63,519 nucleotides of DNA, filler included, from Chiloscyllium plagiosum (GCF_004010195.1; 4 parts of one record of this genome joined end to end with filler, not necessarily neighbours in it); one strand, 5' to 3'; shown: positions 24,510 to 38,289, counted from the whole stretch's first letter. Notes: generated by a model from the letters alone, not told the origin. A program made the numbers and translations.

Positions 24510-26370
24510 AACTGGATGGACCTAAGCACCAGAAACAACAATGGCAACAACAGCCCTTTCAACCCTGCAAAGTCCTCCTTACTGACATCTGCGGGCTAGT
24601 GATAAAATTGGGAGAGCTATCTCAAAGACTAGTCAAGCAACAGCCTGACATAATCAGACTTATAGAATTATACCTACATATAATATCTTAGACACAACCA
24701 TCACCATCCCTAGATAAGTACAGTCCCACTAGATTGACAGGTCCAGCAGAGGTGGTGGCGCAGTGGTATAGAGTCAGGGCGGAATCCTCAATGTTCACTC
24801 TACATCCCATGAAGTCTCACCAAAACAGGCATGGACAAGGGGACCTCCTGCTCATTGCCATAAACTGTCCTCCCTCAGCTGATAAATCAGTACTCCTCCA
24901 TGTTGAATTACAATGTGAGGAAACATTAAGGATGGTAACAGCACGGAATGTACTCTGGGTAGAGGATTTCAATATCTACCACCGAGAGTGGCTTAGCAGC
25001 AGCAATATTGGTTGAGCTGGTTGAGTCCTAAAGGACATGGTTTCTAGACTGTGTCTGCAGCAGATGGTAAGGGAACTGGCAAGTTGGAAAAATGTACTCA
25101 TTCACAACAATTTGCCAGCTGCAGATGCACCTGTTCTTAACAGTATCGGTAAGAGTGATCACCACACAGTCCTTGTGGAGGGAACATTCTGCCTTCACAT
25201 TGAGAAGATCCTCCATTGTGAAGTGTGGAGCCATCACCGTGCTAAATGGGACGGACTTCTAACAGGGTTTGGCTAAAATTGCCCAGGTATGTCCAGCAGA
25301 CAAACACTGGACAAATCCAACTCCACTGATTACCACCCCATCAGTCTACTCTCAATCATCAGTAAAGTGATGGTAAGTGTCAGCAACAGTGCTACCAAGC
25401 AGCGCCTGCTCAGCAGTAACCTGCTCAGTGACACTCAGTTCGGGTTCCACCTGAATTCATTATAGCTTTGGTTTAAACTTGGATGAAAGGTTTGAGGGCC
25501 AGCGTGAAGTGAAAGTGACTGTATTTGACTTCAAGGCCAAATTCGACAGACAGTGGCATCAAGGAGCCCTGGCAAACGTGGAATCAATGAAAATTGGGGG
25601 AAACTCTCCCATGGTTGGAGTTATATCTAACACACAGGAAGATGGTTGTAGCTGGTGAATGTTGGTCATCTCAACTTCAGGACATCTCTGCAGGAATTCC
25701 TCAGGGTTGTGTCCTTGACCTAGCCATCTTCAGCTGCTTCATCAATGACCTTCCCTCCATTAGGTGGGAATGTTCACTGATGATTGCACAATGTTCAGCA
25801 CCATTTGTGACTCCTCAGATACTGAAGCAGTCCATGTCCAAATGCAAAAAGATCTGGACAATTTCCAGTCTTGGTGTGAAAAGTGGCAAGCCATGTTCAC
25901 ACCACACAATTACCAGGCAATGGTCATATCCAATAAGAGACAAAAGTATGATGCTGGAAAAGCACAGTATGTCAGGTAGCATCCGAGGAACAGGAGAGTC
26001 GATGTTTCAGGCATAAGCCCTTCATTAGGATTCTGCCTGACTGGCTGCGCTTCTCAGTGCCACACTTTATGACTCTGATCTCCAGCATCTACAGTCCTCA
26101 ATTTTTCCAACAGGAGATAATCTAACCACCATCCCTTGTCATTCCATGACAGTACCATCATTGAATTCCCACCATTAACATCTTGGGGAGGATTGTCATT
26201 GATCAGAAACTGAACTGAACTAACATATAAATGAAGCAGTTACCAAACCAGGTCAGGGGCGAGGAATACTGCGGTGAGTAATTCACTTCCTGACCCTCCA
26301 AACCCTGCCTACCATCCAGAATGCACAAATCAGGAGTGTGAAGGAATATTCCAAACTTGCATGGATGAAT
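24510..26370 (+). mobile_element. Second CR1-superfamily LINE, deleted and degenerate, with a pLTR insert at ~25943-26105
   Basis: EN 'LLTDICGL..KLGEL...QQPDII...E', 'GKSDHHTV'; RT 'SAGIPQGCVL...FINDLP', 'MFTDDC'. Confidence 0.8.
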
Positions 26371-28994
26371 ATATGTTCATAAACGCTCCGACTTTGTTAT
26401 CTCCTATAGGATAGCACCGAGGTGTAAGGTACATGATAGCAGACTTTAGAATAAACTAGTACAGCAGACTACTATCTCCAGAGACTGAAAATAATATATC
26501 AGCGATTGAGGCTAGAGCAAAGCTTTCACGCTAACCCTATGAGTCTAACTACCCAATGGAAACAAAGTCCAAACTCCTATTCACTTAAGTTCAATTTCCA
26601 TTTTCTACCACTGGCCCCTATCCAACCTATGACATGCTTGTTCACTGCTTTTCATAGCTTCTTTTTGTAACAAGACACAGATTTATTCCACAGTACATAC
26701 ACCAGTTTGTTCAAATCAAGGTGAGTTAAGAACCCACTTTTTAAAAGACTGTTGCCCAGGAGCTGATCAAAATCAGTTAAGGCCCTGCATGGTTTCTTCT
26801 TCACCTCTATTGACAACTTGGGTCGAAGATGAAGGTAATATATTTAAACATCTCAGTACAAAATACTAACCTGCAGTGAAAAAGATATGACCTGATAAAT
26901 TACAGACAGAGAAAAACAAATACTCGATTCATCCGTGTACGGAGACCTAAGAAGTGAATAAACGTGAATGAAGTTTAGTGCTCTAAAATATAATTGTACT
27001 GATTGGTAGAAAAAAAAACCAATCTTCAGGTTGTGACAGTACGAAGCAACATCAGACAAAAGGCAGCCTTCCAGCTATAGAGCAGGCACAGTAAGTGCAA
27101 TGTTCAGTCTTCCCCTCCCCCCTCCACCACNNNNNNNNNNNNNNNNNNNNNNNNNNCCTCCCCCTCCCCTGGTTTCCTTAAAAAGGCACAATTTAGGTCC
27201 TGAAAGTCGACACTGTAAAGAAATCCCACGGAAATGAATTTAATGCTATTTCAATAGTACTGACCTCCTTTATACATCCGTATGAAACGTATTGTATGCC
27301 ATGAAAACAGTATATGTTGATCCAAAGTTTTAAACTAAAACCATCTGTCAAACAGATTAACCCTTTTCCCCTTGGAGAAGTTAACTACAGGTCACTCAAA
27401 TTTTTGTGTGCTCCTTAAGAGGGTTAAATAACTATTAATATTTCACATTGACAAGCAGGCCAGAACAAAGGTTTAGATCTGCAATCTTAGTAATAATGGC
27501 AGAAATAAACCTTGTGGGGCTGACTCTGCCAGGGTCTGTGGGAAATATGGGATTGTTCTTCATTTGAATGGGCCCTGTCAGCAGCGCTCTGCGCCCCACC
27601 TTGCTGAACACCCGGGGAGTCTGGTATAACTTGTCTGTTGCAGAGTGGGGTATGAGTTATTCCAAGCAATCCCACACTTGAACTTAACACAAAGTCTGTT
27701 GTGCCCAAGCAGACCTCTCTCATATAGGGCTGTTATTATATGATAAAAAAATCATTGTTTTTACCTTGTAGTGGATCAGATCATTACCATGACCTGGATC
27801 CGGATGCGTTTTGGTTGAATCGTTGCTATTCCTGATATCTTCAATCTCCTTCCCCGGGTGTATCTGAGGCAGGAACTCTCATGGTTGGGAAACCCAGCAT
27901 CTGGAGGTCTGTAAAGTGCAGAGACTCTACATGCTGAGAGTAAGTCAGAATATGAACTGAGAGAAGGAGAGGATAATAGGACCACTATGGCACCATGAAC
28001 AGTGTGGGTAAAGAGAGTACAATCTTAGAACCTCTACTAGGAAAGAGAAAGGGAACTCAAACTAGAACAAGAAGGTACACCAACGCGAAGTAGATTGAAG
28101 GGTAAATGGCAGAATGATGGAGATTGCCAATTTGGCACATGCGGATGGAGAGAAAGTTCAGGTTTAGCTGCATTGAAAGGGGTGATGAGTATAAATCTGA
28201 AGCTGGCAGAGGTGGATGGTGTGATTTAGGAACATTTTCACCAAATACCACGCTCACAAAGTGCAGACTATCTGACTTTGGGATGGAGTGGTTCTCTGAA
28301 AGGAACTGTGAGTGAGAGATGTCGGACAGCGTCTGTTGAGTAAGTGATCATTTGGATAGTCTGTTGAAAATACAAATATCATTTTGTTTTTAGTCTTTCC
28401 ACATTAAAATAAACCTATCAATGGTGAAGCATAGCTTATTCCAAATGACTAGAATTGGGAGTAACACCTCTGATATCACTGACAATGCAATTGTAATTTC
28501 ATAAGTTCATGCCTTTAATGATTCTCAGGAGGCCTCTATGATGTAAAAGAACAAGTAACCAGGGTTATTCTTGTCTTGTTAGATCTCCTGGACTGTGTGG
28601 TTCTTCTGAAGCTGTTGTCAGCTAATGCTGGTTTTCTTAGTTGAGATGTATGTGTAGGTGTGAGCTATGGAGTTTTTCATTCCATTTAAGAATTAACTGA
28701 ATGTTCCCATTCAGTCACTTAGTTCTAAAGACAGTGACATGAACAGAGCTTGGTGCTTTGATTTAAAATGCATTCTCCAGCGAGATGAAATTGTAGGGAC
28801 AGGGTTTTGTAAAACTTTTACAAAGTCCCACATAGAACTACCTTATGATGAGGCAATATAAATTATAAATGCAATCAAGTTATAATCTAGACATTACAAA
28901 TTCGGATTTCATGTCAGCTTTGATGCCAGGTGTCACACCAGCAATGTATCCCTCGCATGTTCTTCTGCAATGTCTAATTTAACAAATGCTGCAC

Positions 28995-29170
28995 ACAGAA
29001 ATTGCTGGAAAAGCTCAGCAGTAGCTGTGGAAAGAAATCAGAGTTAACGTTTCAGGTGCAATGATCCTTCTTCAGAACCCTGGATACAACATCACTCGAC
29101 CCAAAATGCTCTCCCGCCACAGATGCTGCCAAACCTGCTGAGATTTTCCAGCAATTTCTGTTTTTATTAT
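28995..29170. mobile_element. Hairpin-shaped PLE terminal-repeat relic with a degenerate hammerhead on the minus strand
   Basis: cagaaattgctggaaaagctcagcag ... ctgctgagattttccagcaatttctg; minus gtt-CTGAAGA...GAAACGTT-aac. Confidence 0.65.
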
Positions 29171-29372
29171 CAAAGTGAATATTACTGAGTTTGGACATTG
29201 CCAGCCATCAATATCATGTGGAGGCTGAGGATTGTGGGTAATGAATGTAATCAGGAATGTAAGGGATTTAACAGCAATTTCAGATTTGCAGCATCTGCAG
29301 TTCTTTCAGTTTTTACTTTGATATGGTCTGTATCTCTAGTTATCTTCTCCGCTCACAATATTCAACCCCCAT

Positions 29373-29671
29373 GGGGCGGCACAGTGGCTCAGTGGTTAGC
29401 ACTGCTGCCTCATAGCGCCAGGGACCCAGGTTCAATTCCATCTTTGGGTGACTGTCAGTGTGGAGTTTGCACATTCTCCCCGTGTCTGCGTGGATTTGCT
29501 CCCGTTTCCTCCCACAGTCCAAAGATATGCAGGTCAGGTGAATTGGCCATGCTAAATTGCCCCATAGTGTTTGGTGCATTAGTCAGAGGGAAATGGGTGG
29601 GTTTCTCTTTGGAAGGTCAGTGTGGACCTGTTGGGCCAAAGAGCCTGTTTCCACACTGTAGGCAATCTAAT
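29373..29671 (+). mobile_element. HE1-like SINE
   Basis: A box tggctcagtgg, B box ggttcaattcc, V-like domain, CR1-type tail. Confidence 0.85.
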
Positions 29672-32059
29672 TTTAAAAATTCAATGTACATCACCCGCAA
29701 TATTTAACTCAACTGTGATATTCAGACTCGCATAATGTCTGATCTCCTTGTTCATTTTAAATCTGAATAGATAAACTTTTGTTAAGCAAAGGCATTCAGG
29801 GATTTGGATCAAAAGCAGATATTTGGAGTTAGGCCACATATCAGCCATGATCGCATTGAACGGTGGAATGGGCTCAAGGGGCCGAATGGCCTACAGCTAT
29901 TCCGATGTTCCTCATATTCATCAAGCTGATGTGCATCCCCCTGTTATATTCTCTCCCCATGAGGCCTGCATCTCTGCAATATTCTTTTTCTGTTGTTGTC
30001 CTCTGACCCCAGCAATGTCAGACTTTGACATCCATTACCCTGTTGCTTCCCCACTCAATAGACGCTGACTAATGTCAGACAGGAAATCTGGTGAAAAATG
30101 TTCAAAGATGTTATACTGTTACTTTCATCTCGGTTCCAAGTCTGAAACTTATCCCCATTCTGCTGTCTTCCTGGCTTCAGGTAAATATATTGTGGTTATA
30201 CAGTTATCTGCTGCTTATAGCATGAAGCAGAATGCAATAAGCAAACGATTACAAGAACCTGCATTTAAATCAGGCAACACTAAAGCTGTTCCGGTTCAAT
30301 ATGGCCATCGGCGTGTTCTCTGGCCTCCTGACCTTTAAGGCCCTTAAATGACAAAGGACCGAAAGGAAAGGGAAATTCATTCATTGACCAAAACCACCCA
30401 GGGTCTGTCATAATCAAGGATCATGAATCGCCCTCACAGATTCTTAGAAAGTAATTGTATCCCACTCCATATATAGATGATTTTTTTTCTTGAGATCTGT
30501 GGGGTGTTTCCTCTGCAATTAGAAAATAGTAGGATACATCTTAAACTTGATGCTTGAAATCTAATCTTGCTGCATGCCTATTATAGAAACCATCTGATCT
30601 CATCCCCAGTAGAATTAATGTAAATTTCAGAATCATTTCATCAGGAAATAACAGAAAACTTTGCTTCCAGCCAGTTTTATTCCAAATTAGCTGATTTACG
30701 CCAGTGAAACAAGTTGAAAATCTGCCTGATATGACAACAACTATTTGACACAGGTATTCACAATATTCACAAAGCGTTCATTGCAGGCTGTGTACAAATT
30801 TTGTCCCAATCTTTCAGTATTTATGCTGGCTATAGCATAACCTCTGGAAATGTTATGCGAACCACAGAAAATTTCATCTCCAAGATCCCTCCAACATACG
30901 CCACTCCTGCAGAAATATGAAGTAAGGAACATTTTTATAGCTCAATATTAAGCCTTCCACAGTTCTTAGTTCTCTCCATTTTGTCTTTGGTATGGTAGGT
31001 GAGATAATCGAACAGATAGGAGTTGATCAAAGACTAGTCAATAACACAGTCATATTCATGGAATTATACCTCACAACCAATGTCCCAGTCAATGTCACAC
31101 TGACAGGTTAGATCTACCAGAGTGACAGTACAATGGTATATAGTCAGAAGGGAGTTGCCCTGAGAGTCCTTGATATTGACATTGAATCCCATGAAATTTC
31201 ATGGCATTAGGTCAAACTTGGTGAATGAAACCTCCATATGCCATTCTCTCTAACCTGGTAAATCAGTACTCCTCCGTGTTGAACATTTCTTGGAGGAAGC
31301 ACTAAGGGTGGAATGGGCTGGGGGTGGGGGAACTTCAATGTCCACCACCATGAGGGGCTCAGCAGCAGCACCATTGATTGAGATGGTTGGGTCCTAAAGG
31401 ACATAGCCGCTAGACTGGGTCTGCTGCAAATGCTGAGGGAACCAACAGAGCGAGAAACATATATGATTTGATCTTCACCAAACTGCCAGCTGTAGATCCA
31501 TCTGTTCATAACAGTATCAGTAAGAGTGACAACCACGCAGCCATTACTGACATTAAGTATCTTCACATTGAGAATACCTTCTATCATGTTGTGTGGAACT
31601 ATCACTATGTTAAATGGGAAAATCTTTAATACATGGGGCACTGTGGACAATCAGCAGCTACAGAATTGTATTCCAACACAATCTCTGACTCCATGGCCCA
31701 GCATATCCCCCACTCAACCATTACCATCAAGCCAGGGAATAAACTCTGCTTCAATGGCGAGCGCAGGAGGGCATGCTGGGAGCAACACCAGGCATGTCTA
31801 CAAATGAGGTATCAACTTGAGAAGCTACAAAGTATCATTACTTGCATAAGCAGCACATGATAGGCAAGCTAAGTGATTCCACAATCCACAGATCAGATCT
31901 AAGATCTGCAGTCCTGTCACATCCAGTCATGAATGGTAGGGGACAATTAAACAACTTATTAGAGGATAAGGTTTCACAAACATCACCATCTTCATTAATC
32001 GGGGAACCCAGCACACCAGTGAAAAAAAGTAAGGCTGAAGTAGTTTGTCATTTACATAA

Positions 32060-32981
32060 ATGATTTGGATGCGAGCAGAAGAGGTACAGTTAGTAAGTTT
32101 GCAGATGACACCAAAATTGGAGGTGTAGTGAACAGCGAAGAGGGTTACCTCAGATTACAACAGGATCTGGACCAGATGGGCCAATGGGCTGAGAAGTGGC
32201 AGATGGAGTTTAATTCAGATAAATGCGAGGTGCTGCATTTTGGGAAAGCAAATCTTAGCAGGACTTATACACTTAATGGTAAGGTCCTAGGGAGTGTTGC
32301 TGAACAAAGAGACCTTGGGGTGCAGGTTCATATCTCCTTGAAAGTGGAGTTGCAGGTAGATAGGATAGTGAAGAAGGCATTTGGTATGCTTTCCTTTATT
32401 GGTCAGAGTATTGAGTACAGGAGTTGGGAGGTCATGTTGCGGCTGTACATTGGTTAGGCCACTGTTGGAATAATGCGTACAATTCCAGTCTCCTTCCAAT
32501 CAGAAAGATGTTGTGAAATTTGAAAGGGTTCAGAAAAGATTTACAAGGATTTTGCCAGGATTGGTGAATTGGAGCTATAGGGAGAGGCTGAACAGGCTGG
32601 GGCTGTTTTCCCTGGAGCGTCGGAGGCTGAGGGGTGACCTTATAGAGGTTTACAAAATCATGAGGGGCATGGATAGAATAAATAGACAAAGTCTTGTCCC
32701 TGGGGTCGGGGAGTCCAGAACTAGATATAAAATAGGTGTAAGGGGCAACAGTTTCATGCAGAGGGTGGTACGGGTACGCAAAGAGCTGCCAGAGGAAGTG
32801 GTGGAGGCTGGTACAATTGCAACATTTAAGAGGCATTTGGATGGGTATATGAATAGGAAGGGTTTGGAGGGCTATGGGCCAGGTGCTGGCAGGTGGGACT
32901 AGATTGGGTTGGGATATCTGGTTGGCATGGATGGGTTGGACCAAAGGGTCTGTTTCCATGCTGTATATCTCTATGACTCTA
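32060..32981 (+). mobile_element. Nested CR1 (HER1-type) 3' part
   Basis: 'SKFADDTKIGG...LQQDLD...WQMEFN..KCEVLHFG', ending in ctctatgactct. Confidence 0.9.
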
Positions 32982-34134
32982 GTCACAGCAATTTTCAGCC
33001 AAACAGGTCAAATGGATAATCTATCTCGGCCTTTTCCAGTAGTCCCCAGCATGACAGATGACTGTCTTCAGCCAATTTGATTCACTCAACGTGAAATCAA
33101 GAAATACTGCAAAGATCATGTGTCCTGACAATATTTGGGCACTCTGGTGAAGACTTGTGCTCCAGAACCTGCCGCACCCCTAGTGAAGCTATTCCAGCAC
33201 AGTTACAACACTGGCATCTGTGAAAACTTGCCCAGGTATGTCTTGTTGCTAAAACGCAGGACAAATCCAACTTGGCCAATTACCGCCCCATCAGTCTCTT
33301 CTCGATCATCAGTAAAGTGATGGAAGGTGTCATCAACAGTGCTATTGAGCAGCAACTACTCAGCAATAACCTGCTCAGTGATATCCAGTGTGCGTCAACC
33401 AGGGCCACTCAGCTCCTGACCTCATTACAAACATGGACAAAAGAGCTGAATTCCAGAGATAAGGTGAGAGTGATATACATCTTGGATATTGAGGCTGCAT
33501 TTGACTGAGCGTGGCATCAGGAGACCTTAAGACTATAAGATCATGAGACCTTAAGCAAAACTAGCCCCATAAAAACTGGTGCCAATGGGAATCAGGGCAA
33601 ATTCTCCACTGGTTGGAGTCATACCCTGTACATAGGAAAATGGTTGTGGTTGATGGAGGTCAGTCATCTCATTTCCGGGATGTATCTGCAGGGGTTACTC
33701 AGGATAGTATCCTAGGCCCAACCATTTTTAGCTGCTTCATCAATGAACCTTCCTTCCATCATAAGGTCAGAAATGCGGATATTCACCAAAGATCACAAAA
33801 TGTTCAGCACTATTTGGAGCTCCTCAGATCGTGAAGCAATCCATGCCCAAATACCGCTAGACCTGGACAACATTCAGGCTTGCTCTAACAAGTGGCACAT
33901 AACATTTTTTCCCTGCAAATGCTAAACAACGAACATCTGTAACAAGACAGAATCTAATTAACGCCCTTTGATGTTCAATGGTTTCATCATCACCGAATCC
34001 CCCATTATCAACTTCCTTGAGGGTTACACTTGATCAGAAACTGAACTGGACGAGCCATACAAATACAGTGACTACAAGAGCAGGTCAGAAGCTAAAGATA
34101 CTGCAGTAAGTAACACCTCCTGACTCCACCACCA

Positions 34135-34505
34135 CCACCACCATTACACGTGGGGACACCATCCACCATGTACGCGGCGAGTGTTCATATGACTTGGCCA
34201 ACATGGTCTATCTCATACGCTGCAGGCAAGGATGCCCTGAGGCAAGACCAAACAGGTGCTATGACAACGGATGAATGGACACCACATGACAATCACCAGA
34301 CAGGAGTGTTCCCTCCCAGTCGAGGAACACTTCAGCAGTCCAGGACATTCAGCCTCGGATCTTCAGGTGACTATCCTCCAAGGCGGACTTCAGGATATGC
34401 GACAACGCAGAGTGGCCAAGCAGAGGCTGATAGCCAACTTCGGCAACCATGGGGATGGCTTCAACCAGGACCTTGGGTTCATATTGCACCACAGGTGACC
34501 CCACT
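34135..34505 (+). mobile_element. Penelope GIY-YIG endonuclease fragment
   Basis: Homologous to the C-terminal part of ORF 55574-56377 ('MNGH...PVEEHFSSPGH...EQRLIA.FG'). Confidence 0.85.
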
Positions 34506-34509
34506 ATAC

Positions 34510-34615
34510 CACACACACGCACACACATGCACACACGCGCACACACACAACACGCGCATTCACAAACACATACGCATAACACACATACACACGCACACAC
34601 ACACACAAAACACAC
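34510..34615. repeat. (CA)n-rich microsatellite
   Basis: Seen directly. Confidence 0.9.
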
Positions 34616-34627
34616 AAATAGACACTT

Positions 34628-34900
34628 ACAGAGTCATAGAAATGTACAGCATGGAAACATTCCCTTCGGTCCAACCCATCCATGCCGACCAGATATCCCA
34701 GCCCAATCTAGTACCATTTGCCAGCACCCGGTCCATATCCCTCCAAACCCTTCCTATTCATATACCCATCCAGATGCCTTTTAAATTCTACAATTGTAAC
34801 AGCCTCCACCACTTCCTCTGGCAGCCTCATTCCATACACTCATCACTCTCTGCGTGAAAAAGTTGTCCCTTAGGTACGTTTTAAATCTTTCCCCTCTCAC
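34628..34900 (-). mobile_element. CR1 3' end, followed by a family-C pLTR (34902-35025 +)
   Basis: agagtcatag tail on the minus strand; cctgatgaaggagcagagctcctaaagcta core with one substitution. Confidence 0.8.
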
Positions 34901-36084
34901 CCTACCTGATGAAGGAGCAGAGCTCCTAAAGCTAATGCTTCCAAATAAAGCTGTTGGACTATAACCTGGTGTTGTGTGATTTTTAACTTTGTCCAGCCCA
35001 CTCCAATACTAGCACCTCCACTCCATGACTCCACTAAGCCTGGCAATCTACAGAATCGAGAGTGTGATGGGATACTCCCCACTTGCCTGGATGAGTGCAG
35101 CTCCAACAACACTCAAGAAGCTTGACACCATCCAGGGCAGTAACATCTAACAAAGAACTGCAGATGCTGCAAATCTGAAACAAAAACAGAAATTCCTGGA
35201 GAAACTCAGCAGCTCTGGCAGCATTTGAGGAGAGAAAGCAGAACTCATGTTTCAGGTCCAGTGACCCTTCATCCGAACAGTTCTCCAGCATTCAAGTTCA
35301 GTAGCAACATTGTGTACTATATAACATACACTGCAGAAATTTGCCAAAGGTCCTTAGACAGCACTTTTCAAACCCACGACCACGACCAGTCCCATCCAGA
35401 AGGCAAGGGCAGCAAATACATAGCAACACCACCATCTGGAAGTTTCCTTCCAAGCTACTTTAAGCTAGATATAAATATAAACGGACAATTATTTTAAGGC
35501 AAGGAATCCACAGACACAAAATCACAGAATGTTACATTGCACAAGGAGGCCATTTGGCACATAGTGACTCACTGAGCAGTTGGCTCAGTGCCAATCTGTT
35601 GCCTAGACCCCCTGCACATTGCTTCTACTTGAAGAATCATTCAATCCTGCCTGTATTGCTCGCAAGACAAAGCTTTTGACTGTGCCTCGGTGCACGTGGC
35701 AATAAATTCAATTCAATGCTCCCTTGTCTGCTTCAGTTGAACCCACCTGCACCACACTTCCAGGAAGTGCGTTCTAGATCTGACTACTCACTGCTTCAAA
35801 AGGTTTCTCCTCAACTCGCGTTTGTTTCTTTTGTGAACATTTTAAAACAATGGCTCTCTTGTATTCAATCTGTTCATGAATGGGACAGTTTCTCCCTCTC
35901 CATTCTGCCCAATGCTTTCATGATTTCCTAAAACTTCAAATATCCTCTCAGCCTTTTCCTCTCCTGGGATAACAAATTCCTTATAACCTTCCATATATGC
36001 CCCGTGTGAAAGATATTGTTCTGATGGCAAGTCATATCAGACTTGAAACATTCCTCTCTCCACAGATGCTCTGGAACGTGCTAA

Positions 36085-36714
36085 TGTTATGGACTAGGCC
36101 AGACTACCCAAAACATTCTTAAGCAGGCAGCCCAGACCATAGCTTTGCAGTAAGTGTAGAGTGAACATTACCTGGATTAAGGTAGCGAGGTTGACTACCA
36201 GGTTTAAAACAGACAAAACATTTATTCATAAAATTACACAACGAAACACAAAAAACTGAATAAAGAACACCTTGAGAACGCTGTACAAACTAGACTGAAG
36301 TATGCTGCTCAGAATATAGTCCCAACAACAGTCCCAATAAGCAAGCCCCCTTTAAAACACAGTACAGAAAAGGATCAGATGCTTACAGGTTGAAGTTAGA
36401 AGGGGCCGAAGAGAGAGTGTCCACACAGCTCACTGTTGAACTTCCCAATCAGTTCTTGACTGAACTAAACTGTTCAGCTCAGCTAGAGAGCTGACCTTTC
36501 AGTCTACAGGTCACTTCTAAAACATAACCATTTGGCCGGAAGTCCCATTTGTTTACATATAACCAAAAGGCCTCTCAAAATCCTTTTCATCTTTGTACCA
36601 AACCAGTCAGATCGGAGCCCGGTCTGGTTTATTACCCCTCTGAAAAAAGTCAAGAACAGAGTATCCTTGAGCCAAGGAACAGCTTTTAGGAAAAACAGGA
36701 CTAGCTTTGTGACA
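36085..36714 (-). mobile_element. Solo LTR related to the Gypsy LTR at 50448
   Basis: TG...CA termini; 4-bp TSD ctaa/ctga with one mismatch; blocks shared with 50448-51025; interrupts a pLTR relic. Confidence 0.8.
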
Positions 36715-37510
36715 CTGAGTTTCACAAGAATTTTCTATTTTTATTTCAGATTTCCAGCACCCACAGTATTTTACCTTTATTTCAGTTATACATGTTGCAC
36801 TCAAGTTAAATATTTAATATTTGAATTTACTGCAAGCCCTGCTTTATGCTCTCATCACATTACATATTCAAGCCTATGGCACTAGATGATCCACTTCCTA
36901 TTAATCATTCCTTTAATCTAACTATCACAGCATTTGGCTAGAACTGGAACTGTGAATCAAATTAATCTCCAGCTGAGAAAACATGTTTGAGCTTGAAGCC
37001 TGTTGATAGATGCTGAATACTCTCTGGTCTGAAGAAAGACCTCTCTTCCTGTTCAAACAACCACTCTGTCCAAAATCATGAGTATGATATCATCTTGGCA
37101 TCTGTAGTAAACCATTGGAATTATCTATTTGTCAATTGGAAGGGAAACAGCCAAGGCAGAGATACTGCCAGATAAATACTGATACATTTCTCTTACAGAG
37201 TTATTGATCAGGTTTATTGCTTTGATCTATTATTTTTCTATCTGGTAAGTTAATTAAATAATCTACAAATGCTAGGAATCTGAAGTCAAGACACAAAGTA
37301 CCAAGGACTCATCAGACTCACATTTGGTGCCGACCTCATTTACATCCAGTGTATTTCCGGAATTTCTTGCCTGTCTGTTTTATGCTTTATGCTTGAAATA
37401 GCAATTACTTTATACATTACCGTGAAAAGTTTGAAAGAATGGCTCCCTTTTGCACTGTTGTCCGTGCTCTGGCCATTTCTTAGCTTTGGAATTTCTGCTT
37501 GCCTTCTTTT

Positions 37511-37573
37511 CTCGCTCATTTCTCCCGAGCCAATCCTGAACTCGCTCATTTCTCCAGAGCCAACCCTGAACTC
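37511..37573. repeat. Tandem repeat, 2 x 30 bp
   Basis: ctcgctcatttctcc(c/a)gagccaa(t/c)cctgaa twice. Confidence 0.9.
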
Positions 37574-37970
37574 TTTCTGTCTCCTCTCCTTCCGCTCCAT
37601 TTTTCACGTCGAAGCTTTAAGCCATGATTTTCCATCTTTTTCTCAAACCCCTCTGCTCTACAACATCCTACCTGAACTTTGTCTTTTTGACTACGTTTTT
37701 GATACTGCAAATTCCTCCCTCTTTAAGTCAAAAGTCAGTGTTTTAACTCACATTGGGAAAATGGCTCAACACTACAATTACAAACTGCAAAAACCATACA
37801 AGTTTACAATGCTGAATGAGCTCAATCAGTCTATTGTGTCTAAGTTAGAAATATGAGCCCCATAGGTTTGTCGAAGATTCATTGATTCCCAAAATCATAA
37901 TTATTGGAAAGAGATCTAAACTTTGGCAGAAGTACCTTTCCCTTGTATTAATGTTTGTAGCAATGACATG

Positions 37971-38289
37971 ATTAGATTAGATTAGATTACTTACAGTGTG
38001 GAAACAGGCCCTTCGGCCCAACAAGTCCACACCGCCCCGCCGAAGCGCAACCCACCCATACCCCTACATTTACCCCTTACCTAACACTACGGGCAATTTA
38101 GCATGTCCAATTCACCTGACCCTGCACATTTTTGGACTGTGGGAGGAAACCGGAGCACCCGGAGGAAACCCACGCAGACACGGGGAGAACGTGCAAACTC
38201 CACACAGTCAGTCGCCTGAGGCGGGAATCGAACCCGGGTCTCGAGCGCTGTGAGGCAGCAGTGCTAACCACTGTGCCACCGTGCCGCCC
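37971..38289 (-). mobile_element. HE1-like SINE, young full-length copy
   Basis: Near-identical to 45581 and 60598 copies; CpGs retained. Confidence 0.9.

Larger units (their letters stand above)
31020..35460 (+). mobile_element. Long copy of the second CR1-superfamily LINE with several nested inserts
   Basis: 'ANYRPISLFSIISKVME', 'VSAGVTQDSILGPTIFSCFINE'; same family as 24510-26370. Confidence 0.75.

Noticed and set aside
30880..30906. 'GVAYVGGI' resembling an ADAM metalloprotease segment
   Set aside because: The following Cys and other ADAM exons are absent; too short to assign.
34150..34857. 235-aa ORF
   Set aside because: Read-through of a PLE fragment, a CA microsatellite and an antisense CR1.
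35650..35716. Possible snRNA fragment
   Set aside because: Matches the Rex1/Babar 3' tail seen at 38880-38956.
37389..37856. 155-aa hydrophobic ORF
   Set aside because: Explained by pyrimidine-rich composition and a 30-bp repeat; no recognisable domain.
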